Part shown: positions 46,261-56,156 of the stretch, in pieces | Layout of the letters: the number at the start of each line of letters is the position of its first letter | Numbering within the stretch: position 1 is the first letter of the stretch | From: Bacillota bacterium | Lineage (GTDB): Bacteria; Bacillota; UBA4882; UBA10575 | DNA: 64,000 nucleotides | NCBI GenBank assembly: GCA_036562625.1 | Contig: DATCJV010000037.1 | Coordinates: 2,012 to 66,011, forward strand | Direction of reading: 5' to 3' | Notes under the pieces: generated by a model | Databases searched by the model: none | The model's input: the letters and a program-made list of their open reading frames with translations, nothing else | Told to the model about the DNA's origin: nothing | Position numbers and translations under genes: made by a program

Positions 46261-47220
46261 ATGGGAGAATACTATCTTGGAATCGACTTAGGGGGAACCA
46301 AAATTGCAGGTTTACTTGGGGATGAGCAAGGAAGGATTATAGCGGAGAAGACCATTCCCACTTTGGCCGAGGAGGGTGTGGAGCCGGTCATCAATAGAAT
46401 AAAAAATTTAATCCGGGAGATTATGGGGGAAGTCTCTTCCGGACAAGTCAAAGGAATTGGTCTTTGCGCCCCGGGGCCGTTAAACATCAAGACCGGAGAG
46501 GTAATGCATGCGCCCAACCTTAAGTGGAAGAATGTACAGATTGTCAGTATTTTAGAGAGGGAGTTCGGTTTGCCTGTTATCTTGGAGAACGATGCGAATG
46601 CCGCCGGATATGGTGAGTGTATCTACGGGGCTGGGAAAGGCGCTGTCAATATGTTATATATGACTGTGAGCACTGGAATTGGCGGAGGAATTATCGCCAA
46701 CGGCGAGTTGGTGTACGGTAGAGACTACTGTGCCGGTGAAGTAGGTCATATGATTGTTTTACCTGGTGGTCCCCTTTGTGGATGCGGACAACATGGCTGT
46801 ATAGAGGCGCTGGCTTCCGGAACGGCTATTGCCCGCGCGGCACGAGAGAGGTTGGGGGCTGGAGAGCAGAGTATTATCTCGGATCTGGTTAATGGTGACC
46901 TTAATGCTGTCACCTCCCGTGAAGTGGCCGAGGCCGCCCGACAAGGGGATCGGCTGGCTGTTTCCCTACTGGATGAGGCCTTTTTTTACTTGGGAATAGC
47001 GATCGGGAACCTAATTAATATATTGAATCCGGAAACGATCGTGATCGGAGGAGGAGTAGCCAAGATGGAAGATTTGCTCTTTGATCGGATCAGCCGGGTA
47101 TTACAGGGTCACGCTTTTCCGCATATGGTGTCAGGAGTCGGTATTGTGCCGGCGGTCTTGGCGGGGAGAGCAGGGACCATGGGCATGGTAGCTTTAGTGC
47201 GGAAGAGACTAAATTTGTAA
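46261..47220 (+). CDS. glcK: ROK-family glucokinase
   Basis: LGIDLGGTKIAG ATP-binding N-terminus and the ROK zinc motif GHMIVLPGGPLCGCGQHGCIEALASG. Confidence 0.85.
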   Translation: MGEYYLGIDLGGTKIAGLLGDEQGRIIAEKTIPTLAEEGVEPVINRIKNLIREIMGEVSSGQVKGIGLCAPGPLNIKTGEVMHAPNLKWKNVQIVSILEREFGLPVILENDANAAGYGECIYGAGKGAVNMLYMTVSTGIGGGIIANGELVYGRDYCAGEVGHMIVLPGGPLCGCGQHGCIEALASGTAIARAARERLGAGEQSIISDLVNGDLNAVTSREVAEAARQGDRLAVSLLDEAFFYLGIAIGNLINILNPETIVIGGGVAKMEDLLFDRISRVLQGHAFPHMVSGVGIVPAVLAGRAGTMGMVALVRKRLNL

Positions 47221-47254
47221 TATGAAAGTGCTCCCCTTGTCGGGGAGCATTCTC

Positions 47255-47977
47255 TTATCCTCGGGAACTATCGCCATAAACAGGAGTAAAATTACTTTCA
47301 GAATTGGAGTAGGGATAAGGCATCCTATAGAACTCTCTAACCGCTTGCAGCAGACTGTTGCTGATCAGTTCCGACATTTTCATCACCAGGCTCAAGCGGG
47401 TATTCTGCAGCACCAGATACTCCATGAACCCTCCAACATTGACTACACCAATAATGTGAAAGTTGCCAACCTCCGGCAGGGTTTTATTCACCCCGGTACC
47501 GGGTTGTAGAGGACCCGGCTTGATGCTGATGCAGCCGATGCTTTCCGACTTCCCCAAACAGGCGTCGATTGCAATGACCGGCGTTTGCGGGTCTTCGGTG
47601 GAGATCTTGTTCAGTGTTTCCTCCAGATTAACCGCGTGAACCGGATTATCTAAAGTACCATAGACTTTAATGTTGGGAAGGTTGGCTGCAGTTAATCTTG
47701 AACCAATGAGCGGTCCCAGGCTGTCGCCGGTCGAGCGGTCAGTGCCGATACATAGAACAGTCAGGTAATTGCCGGCTGCAGTCAATGTTTGATCCGGAAA
47801 GGAAGACGGTCTTTTATAAAAAGGATTCTCATCATAAACGCGGTTTAAATAGATCTTCAAATGTTTTGTAATCAGTGCTTGAGCTTCTGGATGGTTTATA
47901 TGGACTCGGTAAGGAAAGAGACTGTGAAGATCCGAGGTTTTTTTGTAAAATGGAAACCACATCGGTTTGACATCCAC
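47255..47977 (-). CDS. yyaC: Sporulation protein YyaC (GPR-like spore protease family)
   Basis: CIGTDRSTGDSLGPLIGSRL, YGTLDNPVHAVNL, VIAIDACLG and IIGVVNVGGFMEYLVLQNTRLSLVM align by eye with B. subtilis YyaC. Confidence 0.85.
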   Translation of the reverse strand: MDVKPMWFPFYKKTSDLHSLFPYRVHINHPEAQALITKHLKIYLNRVYDENPFYKRPSSFPDQTLTAAGNYLTVLCIGTDRSTGDSLGPLIGSRLTAANLPNIKVYGTLDNPVHAVNLEETLNKISTEDPQTPVIAIDACLGKSESIGCISIKPGPLQPGTGVNKTLPEVGNFHIIGVVNVGGFMEYLVLQNTRLSLVMKMSELISNSLLQAVREFYRMPYPYSNSESNFTPVYGDSSRG

Positions 47978-48196
47978 CTTTCTTCAGAAAAAGTTCTATA
48001 TAGTGTATGTACAAACAGATTATGGTATACATAAATTCTCAAAATGCGCTGTAATTGGCGGTATATAAAATTTATGGTATAATTATCCACAAAGATACAG
48101 TCTACTTTAGGAAGTTTATTGACCGCTCCGGCTCTACAGATCACTACCGTCCATTATGGATTGCGTCTAATACTGTAATAAGGATGGAAAAGAGCA

Positions 48197-49636
48197 GTGG
48201 GAAAAGACTTCTGGAATAGGTTTTTACTGAAGCTGTCTCCTAACAGCTCCGGCTGGTGGAAAAGCCTGGTTGGCTCCTGGTCATTTTGGTTATTTGTCTT
48301 TGTTCTGCTGGGAGTCTTCTCTTTTATGCATTGGTTTTACCAACCTTTCGTTTTTGAGCAAGATATCTTTATCGCCGGCGTACAAGTAGGAGACGTAGAC
48401 CTGACCGGGCTGCGTAAGGATCAAGCTTTAGAAGCTCTCCGGGAGCGCTTTGAACCATGTCTTGATCAACCCCTGGTTATTGTGGACAATGGTTTCAGAT
48501 TTTATTGTCTGCCGAGAGAATGGGGCTTTGCTTTCGATTATGAGGCAATGATGACCGAGGCCTTCGCACTGGGGCATGAAGGGAATATCCTTCGACAGTG
48601 GGCAGAGAGGCGAAAGATTAAGCAAAATCCCGTGGAGTGTCAAGCAAAAGTCATTACCGACCAAACGCTGTTAGGGGAGTTAATACGTCTGCTTGAGATG
48701 CAGGTCAATGTGGAACCTATCAAGTCAAATATTATTGTGAATAAAGAAGGACAGGTACAGCATACTCCCAGCCGGATGGGAAGGCAATTAAACACCGGCC
48801 GGTTCTTGGAACTTTTATCCGAGGGCATCAGTAGAACAGAAGAGAAGGAAGTAACTCTGCCGGTTGATCAGGTGAAGCCATCCCTGGTTGATGAAGAAGT
48901 AGCCAGCTGGGAGTTGACTAGAATAATAAGTGCTTATACCACTGAGTTTGATGAGAGTAATCCGGATCGAACCACCAACTTAAAGGTGGCCGTGGCCCGT
49001 TTGCATGGCGCTTTGCTCCCCCCGAAGCAGCAATTTTCTTTTAATCGTTGGATCGGTCCACGAAGCCTGCAACACGGATACAAGGAGGCTCCGGTGGTCT
49101 TAGAGAACGAGTTGGTTCCCGGAGTGGGCGGCGGTATTTGCCAAGTATCAACCACTCTGTATAACGCTTGGTTACTGGCTGGTTTTCGAGTGGATAAACG
49201 GCATAACCACTCGATTCCTGTTACCTATGTGGGAATGGGCCTTGATGCCGCGGTGGTTTATGGCGCCCAGGATTTGGCTTTTACCAACCCCCTCAAAACT
49301 CCGGTTTTGATCTCCGGCTTTATTGAGGGTAATACTTTGACCATTGCTTTATTAGGCAAGGTTGTGCAAAAATACCGCTATACGCTGGAACCAAAAATCG
49401 TGGAGAGAATTCCTCCCCAACTAGTGCGGGTGGAGGACCCTTCTTTAGAGTATGGGCAAGAGGTTGTAGAAAAAGAAGGGCAGGAAGGGTTTAAGGTGGA
49501 ATTATGGAGAAAAGTATTTCTAGACGGAAAAGAAGTGCGTAGTGAGCGACTGGGGCTAAGTGTATATAAACCAAAACCGTGCCTGATCAGAGTGGGGCTT
49601 CGGAAACAAGAAATCATTGTCGACAGTGAGGAATGA
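48197..49636 (+). CDS. VanW-family protein with a C-terminal G5-like domain
   Basis: N-terminal TM helix, then VanW core NLKVAVARLHGALLPPKQQFSFN...GGGICQVSTTLYNA. The C-terminus VEDPSLEYGQEVVEKEGQEGFKVELWRKVFLDGKEV is G5-like. Confidence 0.85.
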   Translation: MGKDFWNRFLLKLSPNSSGWWKSLVGSWSFWLFVFVLLGVFSFMHWFYQPFVFEQDIFIAGVQVGDVDLTGLRKDQALEALRERFEPCLDQPLVIVDNGFRFYCLPREWGFAFDYEAMMTEAFALGHEGNILRQWAERRKIKQNPVECQAKVITDQTLLGELIRLLEMQVNVEPIKSNIIVNKEGQVQHTPSRMGRQLNTGRFLELLSEGISRTEEKEVTLPVDQVKPSLVDEEVASWELTRIISAYTTEFDESNPDRTTNLKVAVARLHGALLPPKQQFSFNRWIGPRSLQHGYKEAPVVLENELVPGVGGGICQVSTTLYNAWLLAGFRVDKRHNHSIPVTYVGMGLDAAVVYGAQDLAFTNPLKTPVLISGFIEGNTLTIALLGKVVQKYRYTLEPKIVERIPPQLVRVEDPSLEYGQEVVEKEGQEGFKVELWRKVFLDGKEVRSERLGLSVYKPKPCLIRVGLRKQEIIVDSEE

Positions 49637-50187
49637 AGATGCGATCAAAAAAAAATACCGGAGTAATCTTGGCCGCGCTCGGCTTTGTTCTGCTATTGGC
49701 CCGTCACAAACTAGTAAAACTGGGGTGGATTGGGTTTTGGCCTCTTTTCATTTTAGGCCCTGGTTTATTGTTTTTATTGGAGTATTTTAGTGGCTGGCTG
49801 ATTCATAAAGATCCGACTGAAAAAAAAGAGTTATTAGTGCCAGGAGTTTTTTGTACAGGAACAGGAATCTTTTTATTCTTGTTTTCCTTGGAATATCTGC
49901 CATGGACTTATTTAAGTGGATTGTGGCCGGTCTTCCTGCTTTTTCTGGGGTTCGGTTTTTATGTGTCTTTCTGCGTTGACAGACAGGATCAAGGCCTGCT
50001 CATTCCAGGCGGGGTTCTAACCTTTGTCGGTGGGAGCGGTCTGGCGGTTTTCATAATTAAAGAACGTTTGTTTGTTCAATTCCGCTACGGCCCGCTTGTC
50101 CTTGGCATTTTACTGGCGATTGTTTTCGGGGGAGGCCTGAATTGGCGACGAAAGCGTCGCAAAGCAAATCAAACCAAGCGGGGATGA
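49633..50187 (+). CDS. Small polytopic membrane protein of unknown function
   Basis: Its start overlaps the vanW stop (ATGA). Five hydrophobic helices and a basic C-terminal tail RRKRRKANQTKRG. Confidence 0.5.
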   Translation: MKMRSKKNTGVILAALGFVLLLARHKLVKLGWIGFWPLFILGPGLLFLLEYFSGWLIHKDPTEKKELLVPGVFCTGTGIFLFLFSLEYLPWTYLSGLWPVFLLFLGFGFYVSFCVDRQDQGLLIPGGVLTFVGGSGLAVFIIKERLFVQFRYGPLVLGILLAIVFGGGLNWRRKRRKANQTKRG

Positions 50188-50305
50188 AGTAGTGTACTTT
50201 TTAGCGTCTTAGTTTTACTGTTATAGTTGAATAATATGCCTGGTGCTGCTCATCTGTTTGGATAGAAGATAGTAGTGCTTCTGGTGAGGAGGAGGTTATT
50301 TTTTT

Positions 50306-51265
50306 ATGGTAAAAACGCACACTACTACAAGCTCTGGAGAAGAAGTGGAGCGGTTGGAGTCAATTATGGAACAGTTACGGGGAGATAACGGTTGCCCGTG
50401 GGACCGGAAGCAGACCCATCAATCACTCCGCCCTTATTTGTTGGAAGAGGCCTACGAGGTTCTACAGGCTATCGAGGAAGATCAGCCTGGGCATATTCAG
50501 GAGGAACTGGGAGACCTTTTATTGCAGGTAGTTTTCCATGCGCAAATTGGAAAGGAACGGGGCGTCTTTGATTTAGCATCCGTGATCAGAGGGGTAAATG
50601 AAAAAATGATCCGCCGCCATCCTCATGTCTTCAGGAGTAGCATCAGCAATCAAAACCCACAGATACGTCCGGTGCACGGAGTGGCTGATGTCTTGGATAA
50701 CTGGGAAAAGATTAAAGCAGAGGAAAGAGCCGGTGGTTTCAACGGGGAAACGGACGGGCAAGGCACGGAAGAAGAGTCTATCCTGGATTCGGTACCTATC
50801 AACCTCCCCGCTCTACTTCAAGCGGAAAAGATCCAAAGAAAAGCGACCCAGGTAGGGTTTGACTGGTCGGATCTAAAAGGGCCCTTGTCCAAGGTCAGGG
50901 AAGAGCTTGATGAAGTAAGAAAAGCCTGGGAGGAGTGGCAGAGTTTTTTAAACAAAGGATCTGAGGCGAACCAGGGTAGTCAGGACCCCAAAATAGCCGT
51001 AAGACTCCAGTCCAAGGTAGAAGAAGAATTTGGCGACCTCTTGTTTGCACTAGTAAATACCGCCCGCTTTTTGGGGGTGCATCCGGAAATCGCACTCCTG
51101 CGGACAATTGAAAAGTTCCGACGCAGGTTTCGACGGATGGAGCAGCAGGCAAAGACTGAAGGGAGAGAATTTGCCGCTTTGACTCTCGCGGAGATGGATG
51201 AATTATGGGAGAAGAGCAAGGCAGAAGAGGAGAAGAAGGAGGATAATAACACCGGGCAAAAATAA
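50306..51265 (+). CDS. mazG: Nucleoside triphosphate pyrophosphohydrolase MazG (tandem MazG domains)
   Basis: GCPWDRKQTHQSLRPYLLEEAYEVLQAIE...EELGDLLLQVVFHA plus a second EEFGDLLFALVN EExxE/D motif. Confidence 0.88.
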   Translation: MVKTHTTTSSGEEVERLESIMEQLRGDNGCPWDRKQTHQSLRPYLLEEAYEVLQAIEEDQPGHIQEELGDLLLQVVFHAQIGKERGVFDLASVIRGVNEKMIRRHPHVFRSSISNQNPQIRPVHGVADVLDNWEKIKAEERAGGFNGETDGQGTEEESILDSVPINLPALLQAEKIQRKATQVGFDWSDLKGPLSKVREELDEVRKAWEEWQSFLNKGSEANQGSQDPKIAVRLQSKVEEEFGDLLFALVNTARFLGVHPEIALLRTIEKFRRRFRRMEQQAKTEGREFAALTLAEMDELWEKSKAEEEKKEDNNTGQK

Positions 51266-51441
51266 AGAGGGTTTTCCTATGGATGCTCGCAAGAGATTTG
51301 AGTATTAATTCCCCTCCACCTAGCTAAACTAAGATAGGCGATCCGTTCAGGACACGCCTGCTAACCGGCTGGCCTTAGGTGTCGCTCGCCGCTACTACCA
51401 ATAGCCGGATCGCTGTTTAAAATGAAAGAGGGGAGAAGGAA

Positions 51442-52410
51442 TTGAAGCATAAGTATAAGCATATTGGGCTGGCGGTACTGACTGTGATGATTGGGATTAC
51501 AGTCTCCTTCATCGGTTGTCCCGGACCGGAACGGAAGATTTTTGACCGGATCGCCAGAAAGCTGGCTGAGGAACCTCAAGTCTCTGTTTATTTTCACGAA
51601 TCCAAGACTAAAAAGACCATGCCTATTGAGGAATATCTGCTTGGAGTGGTCGCCGGTGAAATGGAGAAAGGGTGGCCGCTAGAGGCCTATGCCGCTCAAG
51701 CCATTGTCGCCCGTACTTTTACTATGGACTTTATTGCGCAGGGCGGCACCAGAAAACAGCATAATACTGATATCTCTACGGACGAGGTAGAAGCTCAGGC
51801 CTATAACGCTGAAGCAATCACCCCAATCATCAGACGGGCGGTACAGATGACCAAGGGAAAGGTTATAACTTACCGCAATCGATATGTAAAGGGATGGTTC
51901 TCCGCCAGTTGCGGAGGGAGAACCGCTTTAGCCAGAGAAGGGTTGGGCTATAAGGGAAAAGAGCCTCCTTATATGCGATCCGTATCGTGTCCGGAGGAAA
52001 AAGTCATTCCCAAGGAAGAATTGTATTGGAAAGCCACTTTAACTTCTGCAGAGATGGCGGAAGCCCTCAAGAAGTTGGGAAAGTCCATTGGAACCATTCA
52101 ACGGCTGGAAGTAGAGGAGAGGAGTAAACAATCTCATAGGGCGACAAAGTTAAATTTTATCGGTACGGAGGGGCGCGCCACTGTCCTGGGCGCGGATTTC
52201 CGCGTAGCATTAGATCCGCAAAAGGTTCGTTCAATATGGATTACGGATATTAATAACAAGAGTACCGGTATTGAGTTGAAAGGGCGCGGATATGGCCATG
52301 GAGTCGGCCTCTGTCAATGGGGAGCCCATGCTCTGGCCAAGGAAGGAAAATCTCCAGAAGAAATCATCAAGCATTATTATCCGTTGGCGGAGATTAAGGA
52401 TCTTTGGTAA
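51442..52410 (+). CDS. spoIID: Stage II sporulation protein D (SpoIID/LytB-domain lytic transglycosylase)
   Basis: EEYLLGVVAGEM...EAYAAQAIVARTF, WFSASCGGRT, and GRGYGHGVGLCQWGA near the C-terminus. TTG start follows GAGGGGAGAAGG. Confidence 0.85.
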   Translation: MKHKYKHIGLAVLTVMIGITVSFIGCPGPERKIFDRIARKLAEEPQVSVYFHESKTKKTMPIEEYLLGVVAGEMEKGWPLEAYAAQAIVARTFTMDFIAQGGTRKQHNTDISTDEVEAQAYNAEAITPIIRRAVQMTKGKVITYRNRYVKGWFSASCGGRTALAREGLGYKGKEPPYMRSVSCPEEKVIPKEELYWKATLTSAEMAEALKKLGKSIGTIQRLEVEERSKQSHRATKLNFIGTEGRATVLGADFRVALDPQKVRSIWITDINNKSTGIELKGRGYGHGVGLCQWGAHALAKEGKSPEEIIKHYYPLAEIKDLW

Positions 52411-52557
52411 AAAGGCTCTTTCTTTTCCATCCCTTGTGTTACAAAGTCCCGAAAGGCGCATATGATAATTATAGCCCATGGGAATACGAGGCGTTTTGTC
52501 AAGATTGAAGTAGATGTAGCGCTTTGCCGGAAAGGACAGAAGATTGGGGGGTGGATT

Positions 52558-52839
52558 ATGGAGGAGAAGAACACCAAGAGACTACACCAATTATCCCTCT
52601 CCGGGCGGGAAAGATTGTCACTGGAGGGTGTGACCAATGTCGGAAGTTTTGACCGGGAAGTGATTATCTTGGAGACGGAGAGGGGAGTGTTGACCATCAA
52701 GGGAGACGAACTACACATGAAACAACTTAATTTGGAACAAGGGAAACTATCCCTGACTGGACGGATCGACTCCTTGGTCTATTCCGAGGAGTCCTTGGCC
52801 CAAAGAAATAAAGGCTTCTTTGGAAAGATATTTAAGTAA
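52558..52839 (+). CDS. yabP: Sporulation protein YabP
   Basis: HQLSLSGRERLSLEGVTNVGSFDREVIILETERGVLTIKGDELHMKQLNLEQGKLSLTGRIDSLVY aligns by eye with B. subtilis YabP. The ATG at 52558 follows GGGGGGTGG; the ORF opens at 52462. Confidence 0.85.
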   Translation: MEEKNTKRLHQLSLSGRERLSLEGVTNVGSFDREVIILETERGVLTIKGDELHMKQLNLEQGKLSLTGRIDSLVYSEESLAQRNKGFFGKIFK

Positions 52840-53035
52840 CCTTTTACTTTACCGATTCAAATGAAGGTACAGGTTAAGGCCTTTGTCATGCGCTAACGAG
52901 CGTCGACAGCTTCGGGAGATGCGTAGAAAACGGGGAAAACCCGTTCATTTTTTTATCCTATTAATTCCGGAAGGATTGATTGCCGAGATATGGAATTATT
53001 ATAAGTATTTTGAATTTCATTACTGGGGGGATTAG

Positions 53036-54715
53036 ATGGCACGCAGAGGAAGGCAAGGTGTTTTCCTTGTTATATGTTTATTACTGGTTTTTATTCTGAA
53101 CGCAGGGGTCACATGGTCGGCCTTGGAAATAACCGATACCGGGGCGGAAAGTCGTTTTGGGAAGGTAAAGGCCCCGCCTCGTCCTTTACGGTGGAAGGTT
53201 CTGAAAACTGCTCATTTTGAGATCTACTTTTATCAGGGTATGGAAGAGTTGGTGATGCGTTGCCGAGATATTTTGGAAAATGAAGCTTATGAGCGCATAT
53301 ACCCGGATTTTGAAAGTTTTTACGCTCTTCACCCCTATAAAAAGATCAGGGTCATCATTTTTACCTCAAGAAAGGAGTATCAGAACTCCCGTGCGAACGG
53401 GCTCCCACTTTCGACCACCTCCGAGGGGGTGGCCAACATCCTGAACAATCGGATTGTGGCCATTCGCCAACCAACCTTCCAGGATTTAAGATGTGTCTTA
53501 ACACATGAAGTGACGCACTTGATTACTTTAGGCAATAGATCGGCTTTATCCTCTTCGTTAGGGGGGCAAGTACCGGGCTGGATGGCCGAGGGATTGGCAG
53601 AATTCTATGAACCGGAAGACACCAGGTTTTTCATGCGTGAGGTCGCCTTAAGAGACGCGGTGCTTCGTGAGGAGTTGCATACTTTATCCCATCTGGAACA
53701 GATCGGGGGCAACCTGGACTATGCAGAGGCATGGTCGTTGGTGGATTATATCGCCCGTGTCCATGGTAAGGATAAGCTGCCCGAGTTGCTGATGGAAATG
53801 TTTAAACGGGGAAACAGGGATACAACCTATGAACGGACCTTGGGTCTTAGTAAACAGGAGCTGTGGGAGAACTGGAAGACGGATTTGGAGAAACGTTATG
53901 TGGCAGGAAAGGATAATCCCAGTATAAAACAGGAACACCTTCCTTTGATCGAAGGTTACGGTCACCAACAGGATCCAAAGATCGATCGGAACGGCCGGGT
54001 ATTTTTCCTCTCTACGCATCAGAGTAAATTTTTCGACCTTTATATGTGGACACCGGATGGGTGTCGACGGTTGACCGAACAAACCGTTATCACCTACGAC
54101 ATAGCCCCGGACGGGCAAGAAGTAATCTTTATCTCCGATTCAGATGGGGAACGTAACTTATACAAGCTGGAGATTGAGTCCGGAAAAATCACTCCGTTCC
54201 CTATGGATTTGGCAAACCCGGTTGATCTGGCTTGGTCTCCCCAAGGAGACAAACTGGCCGTAGCTGTGAATACCAGAGGCGATACGGATTTATTCATCAT
54301 CGATCTTCAGGGAAGGGTCTTGATGAAGGTGGCGGCCGGCTCTACGGATGAACGCGCGCCGGCCTGGGCGCCTGATGGAGAGAGACTCGTCTATATGCTG
54401 ACCAGATTAGGCCGTCACCAACTGATGATCTGGGATGGAGAAACAAGTCGACCTTTGACCGTCCCGGATCGTGACTACTTGGAGCCGTTTTGGGGGACGG
54501 ATGATTTTATCTGGTGTATTACCGGAGAAAACGGTTATTACCAGGCGGTGGCTATTGATCCGGAAGACGGTGAGGTTCATCAGGTTTCCGGCTTTCAAGA
54601 AACACTCTTGCATGCCGTCCCGGCGCCGGATGGGCAAATTCTGTCCGACGTCTACACCGGACAGGAGACCAAGATATATTTCTGGACGCCGCAGGAGGTG
54701 AAGTCCAATGAGTAG
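53036..54715 (+). CDS. Secreted zinc metallopeptidase (MA clan, HExxH) fused to a TolB-like PD40 beta-propeller
   Basis: Signal peptide, HExxH in LTHEVTHLI with downstream GWMAEGLAEFYE, then PD40-like repeats (DGQEVIFISDSDGERNLYKLE, WSPQGDKLAVAVNTRGDTDLFIID, PAWAPDGERLVYM). Confidence 0.6.
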   Translation: MARRGRQGVFLVICLLLVFILNAGVTWSALEITDTGAESRFGKVKAPPRPLRWKVLKTAHFEIYFYQGMEELVMRCRDILENEAYERIYPDFESFYALHPYKKIRVIIFTSRKEYQNSRANGLPLSTTSEGVANILNNRIVAIRQPTFQDLRCVLTHEVTHLITLGNRSALSSSLGGQVPGWMAEGLAEFYEPEDTRFFMREVALRDAVLREELHTLSHLEQIGGNLDYAEAWSLVDYIARVHGKDKLPELLMEMFKRGNRDTTYERTLGLSKQELWENWKTDLEKRYVAGKDNPSIKQEHLPLIEGYGHQQDPKIDRNGRVFFLSTHQSKFFDLYMWTPDGCRRLTEQTVITYDIAPDGQEVIFISDSDGERNLYKLEIESGKITPFPMDLANPVDLAWSPQGDKLAVAVNTRGDTDLFIIDLQGRVLMKVAAGSTDERAPAWAPDGERLVYMLTRLGRHQLMIWDGETSRPLTVPDRDYLEPFWGTDDFIWCITGENGYYQAVAIDPEDGEVHQVSGFQETLLHAVPAPDGQILSDVYTGQETKIYFWTPQEVKSNE

Positions 54716-55847
54716 ACATGTGCTCATTAAATTTTGGAAAATACTCTTTCTTCTTCTGCCTGTATTTCTGCTCTTTCCTGCAGAGAGTGGAGCGGAGGAT
54801 GATCCGCCCTGGGAGAGTTATCGTCCGAAACTGGAAATGGAGATGCTTTACCCCGTTCTATATTATGATGAGCAAGACGGGTTTTTGGGCCTGCTTTATG
54901 GACAGATGAGTGATGTCTTACGCGAACATGATTTACGATTTATTTTTTATATCAATGAGTGGGATGACGAAGCGCAGTATGTGGTGGGATACACTAGGCA
55001 CCTCGGACTGTGGTCTATAGGAGCCAACCTCTACTCGGGGCCTGTTTATTTAGGTTGTCTTTGGTCTCCGGGCTTTTCTGAATACCAAAATGGACTGAGT
55101 CTGCTCGCTAGTTATCATTGGAATAATGAATCACGCATAGATTTTCGTCTGCAATGGGAGAAGTTTGAAACAAAGGCCTATTCTTTGGTTCTGAAAGATC
55201 TACCGGAAGATGGGAAGGTTGTCGGGTGGGATATTACCTTGAATCAGGATACTCATGACTTGCTCGCGCAGAATGGAACCAGGCAGTATCTAAGTGTAGG
55301 CGGGGCATTCCCCATTTTCGGCACAGATTACGATTATTTGAAGATTGAAGGGGACCACCGCAGCTACCATCCACTGGGGAAGAGATTGTCCTTGATTTGG
55401 AGCGCGCGGGCGGGTAAGATTTGGGGAGATTATCCTTCACACCGGGGGTTTTTAGTAGGAGGAATTCAGCATACCAGTGCTAGCGCTCTTGGTAGCCTGA
55501 TTAATACGGGCCTTTTAGGTTTTCTCTCCGATTCCGTGTTGCGGGGATACGACACAGACGCCTTTGTGGGTGACTCCTTTGTCATCTCCAATTTGGAATT
55601 AAGGGGATTGCTCTGGCCTGGTGACTACTATAACATTGGCGGTTTTGCCTGTATCAGTTCTTTATTTATTGATGCGGGCCAAATTTGGCGTCAGCAAAAG
55701 CAGTTAGCCTCCAAACCACCGGCCGCCTATGGCGTTGGGCTAAAGTTTTTGATTCTGCGTGGATTGATGTTGGGCATCGATTATGCGGTGCCTTTTGATC
55801 CGGGAGAGGATGCTAAATGGCATTTTAGTTTGGGAGAAGTTTTCTAA
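54708..55847 (+). CDS. Omp85-family outer-membrane beta-barrel without POTRA domains
   Basis: Signal peptide FLLLPVFLLFPAESGA, the loop-6-type motif VLRGYD, and a C-terminus GIDYAVPFDPGEDAKWHFSLGEVF ending in Phe. The ATG overlaps the upstream gene by 8 nt, and GGAGGTG lies 8 nt upstream. Confidence 0.6.
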   Translation: MSRHVLIKFWKILFLLLPVFLLFPAESGAEDDPPWESYRPKLEMEMLYPVLYYDEQDGFLGLLYGQMSDVLREHDLRFIFYINEWDDEAQYVVGYTRHLGLWSIGANLYSGPVYLGCLWSPGFSEYQNGLSLLASYHWNNESRIDFRLQWEKFETKAYSLVLKDLPEDGKVVGWDITLNQDTHDLLAQNGTRQYLSVGGAFPIFGTDYDYLKIEGDHRSYHPLGKRLSLIWSARAGKIWGDYPSHRGFLVGGIQHTSASALGSLINTGLLGFLSDSVLRGYDTDAFVGDSFVISNLELRGLLWPGDYYNIGGFACISSLFIDAGQIWRQQKQLASKPPAAYGVGLKFLILRGLMLGIDYAVPFDPGEDAKWHFSLGEVF

Positions 55848-56156
55848 TACGAAGTCTTCTAATGTGTCACAGGCGCATTCACAAGTTGCGCTGGGAAGAA
55901 AAGAAGCGAGCCAGGGCCATCAGGAGATATCGAGCGACGAGGCGCGCAAATACTAGCGCGTAGGTAACCTTACTACACTAAAAAATTACCTGCACCGAGA
56001 AGAAATATCAAAGGGAACCAGTAACAGCATGCTTTCAACACGGGTGACGAGCCACAAAAGACCAGTGAAGGCGGTCTTTCACCTTTGAGCCATGAGATCA
56101 TATGTATAAATCTTCCTTCAGAGACCTAAAATGGTTACTGAAGGGGGTTTATTTGG

